From a virus, in the IMG/VR virus record IMGVR_UViG_3300045988_102975, positions 1-36,004 of that record: a DNA stretch of 36,004 nucleotides; one strand, 5' to 3'. Under the pieces are notes generated by a model. The model made no database searches. It was not told the DNA's origin and saw nothing but the letters and a program-made list of their open reading frames with translations. The position numbers and the translations under genes were made by a program. Of the stretch, positions 1 to 6,730 are shown in pieces. Each line of letters begins with the position of its first letter. The stretch's first letter is position 1.

Positions 1-88
1 AAATAGTTTAACAACGCAGAAATTTCTGCGTGAGATACTTGCTTGACATTCACTTAATTACAATATTAATAGTATAATGTGCATACTA
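1..88. repeat. Left copy of the 88-bp direct terminal repeat (circular assembly overlap)
   Basis: Bases 1-88 read identically to 35917-36004. Confidence 0.9.
14..31. repeat. 18-bp perfect palindrome ACGCAGAAATTTCTGCGT (candidate attP core or protein-binding dyad)
   Basis: Self-complementary by inspection. Lies in the non-coding region upstream of int, with a second copy at 35930-35947 inside the terminal repeat. Confidence 0.5.
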
Positions 89-120
89 CATACAACGGAA
101 TTGCGTAATGGAAGTGCATT

Positions 121-160
121 AAACGGCTATTTAGCAGATTGTTACTAAATAGCCGTTTTT
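121..160 (+). terminator. Intrinsic terminator-like hairpin
   Basis: 14-bp stem AAACGGCTATTTAG (121-134) / CTAAATAGCCGTTT (145-158), 10-nt loop, running into TTTTT-ATTTG. On the circle it sits downstream of the last rightward gene (ends 35826) and upstream of int. Confidence 0.6.
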
Positions 161-161
161 A

Positions 162-188
162 TTTGTTAGAGAAAAATTCCTACATTTG
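162..188 (+). promoter_or_regulatory. Candidate int promoter (Bacteroidota-type -7 box TACATTTG at 181-188; TTTG at 162-165)
   Basis: Matches the TAnnTTTG -7 consensus 38 nt upstream of the int ATG. The spacing to the upstream TTTG is shorter than consensus. Confidence 0.3.
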
Positions 189-198
189 CCCATAATTT

Positions 199-219
199 GT
201 TTACAAATAGTTTACAACA
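199..219 (+). repeat. TTTACAA-type repeats (200-208, 211-219); candidate integrase arm-type sites
   Basis: GTTTACAAATAGTTTA at 199-214 is identical to 35911-35926. Further TTTACAAAT/TTTAACAA copies lie at 35902, 35912 and 35923. Confidence 0.4.
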
Positions 220-225
220 CAAGTT

Positions 226-1452
226 ATGGGGTCAATTACTTTTAAGGCCGTCGTTTCTGGCTTCCGGAAGGCTGACGGCACGCAGACTATCAGGATAAGG
301 GTGACGGCAAACAGGAAGGTCAAGTACATCTCGACGAATATCGCCGTCACGGAATCGCAGCTCACTCGCTCCGGAAACATACGCGACCGCGCCGTGCTGG
401 ACAAAACGGACCTTCTGATTGCCAAGATGCGTGCAGCGGCCTCGCGCATCGACACGTTCGCAGCCTCGCAGATGTCCATCGACGAGATAGTTCAGTTCAT
501 CGGCAAGGAGCAGGACGAAGTGTTCCGGCTGGACTTCTACCGCTTCGCCGACGAAATCATTGCCGGCAAGACTGCCGAGAACACGCGCTATTTTTATACG
601 AATGCAATGAAGGCACTGCGGACTTTTACAGGGAAGAACAGCATGGACATTTCCGAGATCACGTCCTCGTTCATGCGGAACTTCGAGTCCTGGCTTGTCG
701 CAAAATATGGAGCAGGCGCAAGATGCACAGGCGCATACCCTTCCTGCATCGGACACATACATGCACAGGCACGTCTTCGTTACAATAACGAGGAAACAGG
801 AGACGTCAAGATTCGAAACCCGTTCGCATATTTCCATCCGGCACGAACAAGGCCGGCACCGCACAGGAACGTCAGCAAAGACACAATTCAGACGATCATA
901 GACAAACGCGGGATGCTAACTAAAGAGATTGACAAAAAAGCTGCCGACATGTTCGTGCTGTCTTTCGGCCTGATGGGCATGAACGCCGTCGACCTGCACG
1001 GCTGCCTGCCGCCGAAAGGCGATATACTAATATATAACAGGACGAAAACAAAAGGAAGAAGAGACGACCGCGCTGAAATGCACGTCAAGATAGACAAGCG
1101 CATCCGTCCGTTGTTCGACAGCTGGATAGATCCGACAGGGAAGCGCGCCTTGCGGGTGTACAAGACAACTGCCAACACTTTCTCCGCCGAGCTTTCAATC
1201 GGTCTGCGACGGGCATGCAAGATCATGGGAATAACCGAGCCTCTGACGTTCTACTCCGCGCGCCACAGCTGGGCGACGCTGGCATACTCCGCCGGTGTGG
1301 ACAAGGCGGTCATCAATGACTGTCTCTGTCACATAGACAAGAATATGAGCATTACGGACATCTACATCGCAAAGGACTGGGAAGTCATGTGGAGGGCAAA
1401 TGAAAAGGTGCTCGACCTTTTCGACTGGTCGAGCACCCAAAAAGATAAATAA
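226..1452 (+). CDS. int: Tyrosine recombinase / phage integrase
   Basis: 408 aa. N-terminal arm-binding-like beta region (ITFKAVVSGFRKADGTQTIRIRV). C-terminal catalytic signature ARHSWAT (HxxR), CLCH and the DIYI tyrosine. Confidence 0.9.
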   Translation: MGSITFKAVVSGFRKADGTQTIRIRVTANRKVKYISTNIAVTESQLTRSGNIRDRAVLDKTDLLIAKMRAAASRIDTFAASQMSIDEIVQFIGKEQDEVFRLDFYRFADEIIAGKTAENTRYFYTNAMKALRTFTGKNSMDISEITSSFMRNFESWLVAKYGAGARCTGAYPSCIGHIHAQARLRYNNEETGDVKIRNPFAYFHPARTRPAPHRNVSKDTIQTIIDKRGMLTKEIDKKAADMFVLSFGLMGMNAVDLHGCLPPKGDILIYNRTKTKGRRDDRAEMHVKIDKRIRPLFDSWIDPTGKRALRVYKTTANTFSAELSIGLRRACKIMGITEPLTFYSARHSWATLAYSAGVDKAVINDCLCHIDKNMSITDIYIAKDWEVMWRANEKVLDLFDWSSTQKDK

Positions 1453-1469
1453 TGCCGGAATCCGGCATT
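1451..1469. terminator. Hairpin between the convergent int gene and leftward operon
   Basis: AATGCCGGA-A-TCCGGCATT palindrome directly after the int stop codon. A T-rich run follows on the minus strand (ATTTATCTTTTT). Confidence 0.35.
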
Positions 1470-1583
1470 CTACCAGAAGTCTGCGGAAAACATCTAATAG
1501 ATTTCCATCCACTCCTCGGCAATGTACATGTCGCGTTTTGCAACTTAATTAGATTAGACATAGACGGCCAAAAATCAGGTATT

Positions 1584-2162
1584 CTAAAAATCTGAATCTA
1601 GCGCAGCAGACTTCTTCTGCCTCATCAGAAAAATCGAGGTGAAGGTGTAGTCAAGAATTGCGGCGGCATTTGATGCGAAAAAGGCTGCCTTTATCTTGCC
1701 GTTCTTGCGAAGGAAGGTGTCAATGCTGGTCTTTTCGCCAGGCGTGATGCCTGACGCAAATACTCCACCCATCGAAACACCCATCAAGCTCGTGCCTATG
1801 AATCCAATATCTATCAGCGTCACTCTGTATCTGCCCTCCTTCCATTGCAAAACAAAATTAGCCGCAAGATTTGAATTCGACACGAGCATGTTAGCTGACA
1901 TGTAGCCGTAACCAGCTCCCTTTATATCAGCAGCAACAGGGATTAGCGAGCCTTCAATATCGCTTTCTTTTATGACCACTTTTTCAAATGCAGTTGATAA
2001 TTTTGCGACGTCACATATTTCTGCAAAATCCCTAGAGTCTTGAAATACCCGTTGCCAAATAATTTTGCCGTCCGCGACTGAAAAATTATAGTCATTGTCA
2101 TTCTGCGCAAAACAAAAGAACGGGGCGAATGAGCATAATAGTGTTAGAACCAGTTTATACAT
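1584..2162 (-). CDS. Secreted protein of unknown function
   Basis: 192 aa with a hydrophobic N-terminus ending FFCFAQ (signal-peptide-like). AT-rich gene and last gene of the repressor operon. Confidence 0.6.
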   Translation of the reverse strand: MYKLVLTLLCSFAPFFCFAQNDNDYNFSVADGKIIWQRVFQDSRDFAEICDVAKLSTAFEKVVIKESDIEGSLIPVAADIKGAGYGYMSANMLVSNSNLAANFVLQWKEGRYRVTLIDIGFIGTSLMGVSMGGVFASGITPGEKTSIDTFLRKNGKIKAAFFASNAAAILDYTFTSIFLMRQKKSAALDSDF

Positions 2163-2169
2163 AATAATA

Positions 2170-2652
2170 TTAATAATTTATATTCGAGTCCACAGATCCG
2201 CCATTATTGCATCCGATAGTGTATGTTCCGCGAGTTGTCATGCTCTCCGCCAGCCGGCGGTAATCCTCCTGTAATTTCCAGTATTTGTCGGTCGCACTGT
2301 GAAGCTGTTCCTTCAGAGCGAGCTTGTCAGCCTCCAGCACCTCGATTCGACGCTGCTTGTCCTCGCTTTCCTTCGCGAAGGAACTTGTCAGCCTATCAAG
2401 CAGGGAAATGAGTTTAGCGTTGTTCTTCTGCGACGTATCGCGGGAAGATTGCAGGCTGCTGACGTGTGAGGTGTATGCGGTCTCCACCGATTTGCACGCC
2501 CTTGTCAGTTCTTCGGTAATTCGGCTGGTTCTGTCAATTCTAGCCTCCGACCGCTCCAGCATCTCGAGAAAAATTTTTACACCACTTTCGTAACCGCGCG
2601 CGTCGCGCTTGATACCAGACTTCGTGTCTTGGTCATGATCTGAATCATCCAT
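2170..2652 (-). CDS. Coiled-coil protein of unknown function
   Basis: 160 aa, long heptad-like charged helical stretches, no TM or signal peptide. Ends 7 nt upstream of the start of the next gene. Confidence 0.6.
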   Translation of the reverse strand: MDDSDHDQDTKSGIKRDARGYESGVKIFLEMLERSEARIDRTSRITEELTRACKSVETAYTSHVSSLQSSRDTSQKNNAKLISLLDRLTSSFAKESEDKQRRIEVLEADKLALKEQLHSATDKYWKLQEDYRRLAESMTTRGTYTIGCNNGGSVDSNINY

Positions 2653-2747
2653 AGTTTTATGTTATGTTATGTTATAAGAGGTTTACGCCAAATTATTGCC
2701 GTTTAACGACTATTAATTGTCAATTCTTGACAACACGGAATCCGCGC

Positions 2748-3041
2748 CTACTTCAGTTTCGCGTTAATCTCCTTGAGTGTGACGGACATATCCGCGAACA
2801 CCTTAATCCCTGAATATATCAGCAGGGACAGTATCAGGACAGAAACGCCGCACAATATAAGCACTATGGAAAATGAATCTCCGTTTAGAATTTCAATGAT
2901 TCCCATGATGAGGCCTAATACGGCTACAATTATACCGAGAACCAGAACGGCCGATGCCGCATTCTGCAGAGTTTTCTCGGCAAAGAGGTTGATGTTTACG
3001 CTTTCCTGTCTTGCGGAAGCCGTGCTCGTTGTTTCTTCCAT
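2748..3041 (-). CDS. Small integral membrane protein (two predicted TM helices)
   Basis: 97 aa. Hydrophobic segments AVLVLGIIVAVLGLIMGII and IVLILCGVSVLILSLLIYSGI. Begins 22 nt after the repressor stop codon. Confidence 0.6.
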   Translation of the reverse strand: MEETTSTASARQESVNINLFAEKTLQNAASAVLVLGIIVAVLGLIMGIIEILNGDSFSIVLILCGVSVLILSLLIYSGIKVFADMSVTLKEINAKLK

Positions 3042-3063
3042 AACGATATGTATTTATTGGTTG

Positions 3064-3444
3064 TTAATTATTCTTCACTAGCGCGCGGAGAAAATCTATC
3101 TGCGCCTCCTTGTCCTTCAGCTGTTCCCTCAGCATCTCGTTCTCCTTCTCCAGCACCGCCATCTGCGTAGCTGCGTCACCATCTTTCGGGCGATTGCCCG
3201 CCCTGTTCTGGTCTATCTGGACGTTCACATCGCCGGCGTTGTTATTGCCGGCGTAAATGCCGCCGTTAATCAACATCGAGGTATCCCACCCATGAGGATT
3301 GTTGAGTATCTTGGTTAGATTTTCTTTTGAAGGGTTGCCTGCCCCCTTAACCATTCTCGATATAAACGCCTCTGTCACACCGAGATACTTCGCTAAATCA
3401 ACCTGTTTTAGTTTGTTTCTATATAAGAATTCCTTGATATCCAT
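3064..3444 (-). CDS. XRE-family HTH repressor (CI-like) with a C-terminal coiled coil and no S24 peptidase domain
   Basis: 126 aa. N-terminus KLKQVDLAKYLGVTEAFISRMVKG is a classic HTH and the C-terminus is a leucine-zipper-like helix. Divergent from the early operon. Confidence 0.8.
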   Translation of the reverse strand: MDIKEFLYRNKLKQVDLAKYLGVTEAFISRMVKGAGNPSKENLTKILNNPHGWDTSMLINGGIYAGNNNAGDVNVQIDQNRAGNRPKDGDAATQMAVLEKENEMLREQLKDKEAQIDFLRALVKNN

Positions 3445-3457
3445 CTTTGCCCTTTGT
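3445..3457 (+). promoter_or_regulatory. Operator-like site A, CTTTGCCCTTTGT
   Basis: Exact inverted copy at 3536-3548 and a near copy at 3508-3520. Abuts the repressor start codon. Confidence 0.45.
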
Positions 3458-3507
3458 TAATTTTCTTAATTTTTTCAGTTAATTTACTTGCATAATAAAT
3501 TAAGTTT

Positions 3508-3520
3508 CTTTACCTTTGTG
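3508..3520 (+). promoter_or_regulatory. Operator-like site B, CTTTACCTTTGTG, overlapping the -7 box TACCTTTG (3511-3518) of a candidate rightward early promoter
   Basis: Near copy of site A. TACCTTTG fits TAnnTTTG. Confidence 0.4.
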
Positions 3521-3535
3521 TTTAGAAACCAACCC

Positions 3536-3551
3536 ACAAAGGGCAAAGGTA
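3536..3551 (-). promoter_or_regulatory. Operator-like site C (reverse complement CTTTGCCCTTTGT, 3536-3548), overlapping an inverted TACCTTTG box (3544-3551)
   Basis: Perfect 13-bp inverted repeat of site A. The second TAnnTTTG match is on the minus strand. Confidence 0.4.
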
Positions 3552-3577
3552 ACAAAAAAGTAAATAAAAAACACAAT

Positions 3578-3778
3578 ATGACACACGATGAATTAGACTC
3601 AACGATTAAGAAACTGATGACTGAATTCAACGCTAATCGGACAAAGATTCAGGAAGCGCGCAAGGTCGAGGATTGGGATATAGTTGACGCGCTCAACGAG
3701 CGGCAGCGCGAAATAAACGACGAACTGAACGCCATCTATAACATAACAATACAGGAGGATGTGAACAATGAGAACTAG
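3578..3778 (+). CDS. Hypothetical helical protein (first rightward early gene)
   Basis: ATG at 3578 inside the 3488-3778 ORF. The upstream part of that ORF overlaps the control region and starts at TTG. Confidence 0.5.
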   Translation: MTHDELDSTIKKLMTEFNANRTKIQEARKVEDWDIVDALNERQREINDELNAIYNITIQEDVNNEN

Positions 3779-3974
3779 ACGCGAATGGGATATTGACAGG
3801 ATAGCACGCCACGCCATCGGCTGGGTGATGCTGGCGGCCGGAGCCGGCTACCTGTTCTTCGGAAACTACCACTGCGGCATGGCCAGATTCCTTGCATGTG
3901 CCGTATGTGTCGGGATATGGACTGCGGCGACGATAGACGACAATGACTCAAAACGAACCCGCGAGGGCAAGTGA
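3768..3974 (+). CDS. Small membrane protein, unknown function
   Basis: 68 aa with two hydrophobic segments. 11-nt overlap with the previous gene. Confidence 0.5.
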   Translation: MRTRREWDIDRIARHAIGWVMLAAGAGYLFFGNYHCGMARFLACAVCVGIWTAATIDDNDSKRTREGK

Positions 3975-4129
3975 GGGTTACTCTAACATAACTAGCAACC
4001 GCCTGCACTCATATAGCAGGCACGTGCAGGCGGACAACGGCGGTAAACCGCGGATTGTGGCGCACCGCGGAGCGATATACTCGACAAAGCATTAAAAGCC
4101 TCGCAGTCGGGGAAAGCCTGGGATTGCAG

Positions 4130-4154
4130 CATGGTTCGAATCCATGCCCGCCGG
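4130..4154 (+). other. tRNA T-arm-like module 1 (CATGG-TTCGAAT-CCATG) plus a 3' acceptor-like CCCGCCG
   Basis: Canonical T-loop sequence. The only complementary 5' strand (CGGCGGT, 4038-4044) is 118 nt away, and I could not find a 5-7-5 anticodon arm by eye. Confidence 0.3.
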
Positions 4155-4261
4155 CAAAGACGCAGGGATGCGTTGATTAAACCAAACACATAAAGACTCC
4201 GGCGATCCGCAGAACGGACGCCGCCCTGACTGGCACTGGATAGTCCTTTACAGGGTTGGCA

Positions 4262-4348
4262 GGGAGACTTCCACGGGTGGCGTGGCGCTCGACGGCTGAA
4301 AGCGAAAACAGACCGGCAGCGTGGGAGGTTCGAGACCTCCGTCTTCCT
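4262..4348 (+). other. tRNA-like module 2 (87 nt): acceptor GGGAGAC/GTCTTCC with a G3.U70 pair, T-arm GGAGG-TTCGAGA-CCTCC
   Basis: 7-bp acceptor, a D-arm-like CCAC...GTGG and a perfect T-arm. The anticodon arm is non-canonical (4-bp stem, 11-nt loop). Confidence 0.3.
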
Positions 4349-4377
4349 CTGATAATTGAAACAAAACGAGAAAGAAA

Positions 4378-4572
4378 ATGGAAGGGAAAATCAGCGTATT
4401 AGGAACAATCAAGACTTTGGGCGTCGGTGAAATCTTCGTCTTTAAGCCTGAACAAATCAAGTACACGTCGCTGCTGTGCGCGTGCTCGAAACTGCGCATG
4501 GACAACAAGCGCGTGCGCTACAAGGTGAAGACATTGCCTAGCGGCAAATATCAAGTAACACGTATATCATGA
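4378..4572 (+). CDS. Hypothetical protein
   Basis: 64-aa ORF. Its stop overlaps the next start (ATGA at 4569). Confidence 0.5.
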   Translation: MEGKISVLGTIKTLGVGEIFVFKPEQIKYTSLLCACSKLRMDNKRVRYKVKTLPSGKYQVTRIS

Positions 4573-4844
4573 GCAGCATAGAGGTATTATCGCGCGATTA
4601 CGCACAGGTGAGCGAACTCATCGCCGGCGCCATCATCAAGAAGATGAAGCCGGTCGACGACGAGCTCAGCGAGAACGAGGCACAGAAGGCCTACGGCACC
4701 CGCTGGCTCAACCGGATGAGAGACGCAGGGCTTGCGGAGTTCGCGAGGATAGGGAACAAGAAGGTCTACAGCCGCCACCAGCTTGACTGCCTGAAGGCAG
4801 CGGAAAGGGAACAAGCGCGGCTGATAATGAAGGAAAAGAACTGA
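4569..4844 (+). CDS. Putative small DNA-binding protein (excisionase/MerR-like HTH)
   Basis: 91 aa. The segment AQKAYGTRWLNRMRDAGLAEFARIGNKKVYSRHQL resembles winged-HTH excisionase-type proteins by eye only. Confidence 0.4.
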   Translation: MSSIEVLSRDYAQVSELIAGAIIKKMKPVDDELSENEAQKAYGTRWLNRMRDAGLAEFARIGNKKVYSRHQLDCLKAAEREQARLIMKEKN

Positions 4845-4847
4845 ACC

Positions 4848-5027
4848 ATGGACGGGAAGATAACAGCGGCGGACGCACGTAGAATTGCGGAAGCAAGACA
4901 CATGCAGGTGGCGGATTTCAACGAGGCGTTTTTGGCCTCTTTCGACACCGAGGAGGCGCGAGACATCGCCGGCGGCATGATGCGTCACCAGTACCATCGA
5001 GAAATGTCCAGGGCAGGGCTACAATGA
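4848..5027 (+). CDS. Hypothetical small protein (59 aa, below the ORF-track cutoff)
   Basis: My own translation is MDGKITAADARRIAEARHMQVADFNEAF... It fills the gap between neighbours, and AAGGAGG follows it ahead of the next start. Confidence 0.4.
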   Translation: MDGKITAADARRIAEARHMQVADFNEAFLASFDTEEARDIAGGMMRHQYHREMSRAGLQ

Positions 5028-5037
5028 AGGAGGTCAC

Positions 5038-5232
5038 ATGCACAAGTTCGAGATTAACGACAAGGTCGTCTGGAAAACAGCAAACGGCACGGCGAGCGGC
5101 AGGGTCGTATGTTACGACACGCTGGGGCTCGGCTACATGATAGTAGCGCTGCCTAACAGCAGGAGGATGCTCGTGAACGAATGCAGCGCGACAGCCTGCA
5201 ATGACGCGACAACGGGAAATTATCATTGTTGA
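5038..5232 (+). CDS. Hypothetical protein
   Basis: 64-aa ORF preceded by AGGAGGT. Confidence 0.5.
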   Translation: MHKFEINDKVVWKTANGTASGRVVCYDTLGLGYMIVALPNSRRMLVNECSATACNDATTGNYHC

Positions 5233-5399
5233 CATAATAACAAAGTCCTTCGCAGCGATGCGCGGGCACGGAGACGCTGGGCAAGTGTGTAATATTGTGG
5301 TTATAATGGTTTTAGCATCAGTTTTCAGCCGGCGGTTCCGTCAAGCCCTTGCGGGGGTGACACCTTTCAGGGGCTCTAATTTCAAACGAAAAAACAAGT

Positions 5400-6167
5400 A
5401 TGGAAAACAAAACAAACTCAAAGACGCAAGGTGGAGTCTACCGGAAGATTCTGGAGCTTCAGAGGACAGTCAGGGCTCTGCTTCCCAACGCCAACGGAGG
5501 AGGCGACAGAAACTCATATAAGTACGTTTCTGGAGCTAAACTGCTGGGGTATCTGCGCCCGAAAATGGACAATCTGGGAATCATCCTGAAGCAGGAGATC
5601 GTGGAGGAGTCGCACGAGCGGATAGATTACGCCACGGCCTACGGACACAAGTCGGAGATGTTCACAGCGCTGAAGATGCGCTTCACCTGGATAGACGTCG
5701 AAACTGGCGAGCGTGACGAGAACGAATTTATCGCCTTCGGGCAGAACGGATGGGATAAGGGCCTGGGAAGCGCGCTGACATACGGCGAAAGGTATTTCCT
5801 GCTCAAGTTCTTCCACATCGCTACGGACGAGGACGATGTCGACGCTTTGCCTATCGAGGATGCCATGCCGGCGAACGTTCAGATGCCGCCGACACCAGCA
5901 CCGACACCACGGTCGCAGCCGGCTCCGGCCATTCCACAGGCACAGGCACCAGCACCAGTTCCAGCTCCGGCGCGAGGCAAACAGCAACCGATACAAGTGA
6001 AAGTGATACAAGCTGGCGACGACACCTACATGAAGCTGATCGCAAGAATCAACAAGGGGCAGCTCGACACTATCGACAAGGCTCTCAAAAGCGGTATGGT
6101 CTTTTCCGGCGAGGCGCTGGCAATGCTGGAGCAGGCACAACGAGATTTCAAACCAATTACAAAATAA
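5400..6167 (+). CDS. erf: ERF-family single-strand annealing recombinase
   Basis: 255 aa. The N-terminal region (YKYVSGAKLLGYLRPKMDNLGIILKQEI...GSALTYGERYFLLKFF) looks ERF-like. A Pro/Ala-rich linker follows. The gene lies next to Gp157-like and SSB genes. Confidence 0.7.
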   Translation: MENKTNSKTQGGVYRKILELQRTVRALLPNANGGGDRNSYKYVSGAKLLGYLRPKMDNLGIILKQEIVEESHERIDYATAYGHKSEMFTALKMRFTWIDVETGERDENEFIAFGQNGWDKGLGSALTYGERYFLLKFFHIATDEDDVDALPIEDAMPANVQMPPTPAPTPRSQPAPAIPQAQAPAPVPAPARGKQQPIQVKVIQAGDDTYMKLIARINKGQLDTIDKALKSGMVFSGEALAMLEQAQRDFKPITK

Positions 6168-6175
6168 AAAGCATT

Positions 6176-6727
6176 ATGACACAAGACACAAAAGCAAAGA
6201 GCATGTCTCTTTATGACCTTCAGGCTCTAGCATTCAGGACAGAGCTTGAACTGGAAGACAGCGGCGGAGAGTTAACGCCGGAGATTGAACAGGCATTGGC
6301 CACGACCGAGGTTGAGATTCCGCGCAAGGTGGACGCGTACAAGGGCTATCTGGATTTCCTGGAGGCGCGCGCGGACCAGCTTCAGCAGACAATCAAGTCG
6401 CTTCAGAACAAGAAGAAGGCAGTCGAGAATGCGAACAAGAGAGTGAGAGAGTATGTGAAGGTGACGATGGGCGCCTTTGGGCTACGGAAAATCAAGGGTG
6501 ACATATACACAGCCACATTGACCGAACGCGACGGCATCGAGGTGAACGAGGAGCAGATCCTTGCACCTTACAGGGAGAAGGTGATGAGACTATCCGAGAC
6601 ATTGCCGGATTACGTATCTGTCGAGCTGAAAGTCAGTAAGACGGGCATCGCCGAGGCTATCAAGGGAAACGACGTCCTGCCACTTGGTATTACCAGGACG
6701 ACGACGGACACGCTGACAATTCGCTAG
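6176..6727 (+). CDS. Siphovirus Gp157-like protein
   Basis: 183 aa, acidic helical N-terminus. Typical position directly after the annealing recombinase. Confidence 0.45.
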   Translation: MTQDTKAKSMSLYDLQALAFRTELELEDSGGELTPEIEQALATTEVEIPRKVDAYKGYLDFLEARADQLQQTIKSLQNKKKAVENANKRVREYVKVTMGAFGLRKIKGDIYTATLTERDGIEVNEEQILAPYREKVMRLSETLPDYVSVELKVSKTGIAEAIKGNDVLPLGITRTTTDTLTIR

Positions 6728-6730
6728 ATC

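Larger units (their letters stand above)
3990..4350 (+). ncRNA. Candidate structured non-coding RNA region (no convincing ORF on either strand)
   Basis: Hairpins seen: a 10-bp perfect stem at 3999-4008/4024-4033; CCGCGG stems at 4048-4053/4065-4070; a GNRA-capped hairpin at 4159-4174; a 9-bp bulged hairpin at 4200-4223. Two T-arm/acceptor-like modules end at 4154 and 4348. Confidence 0.35.

Noticed and set aside
4038-4348. Calling two bona fide tRNA genes from the TTCGAAT and TTCGAGA T-arms.
   Set aside because: I could not build canonical cloverleaves. Module 1 needs 118 nt with a mismatched acceptor. Module 2 has a 4-bp/11-nt anticodon arm. They are reported as tRNA-like only, pending tRNAscan-SE or ARAGORN.
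5201-5521. 106-aa plus-strand ORF spanning the 5233-5399 gap.
   Set aside because: It overlaps the well-supported ERF start in another frame, and its Arg/Gln/Ser-rich tail looks non-coding. The gap is more likely a regulatory spacer, but I could not define a convincing promoter or RNA in it.
5514-6140. 208-aa minus-strand ORF. Similar antisense ORFs lie at 15717-16199, 24537-25160, 25289-25786 and 27436-27933.
   Set aside because: All are fully nested antisense within well-supported plus-strand genes (ERF, TerL, tape measure, tail protein), and their compositions are His/Arg/Leu/Cys-rich.
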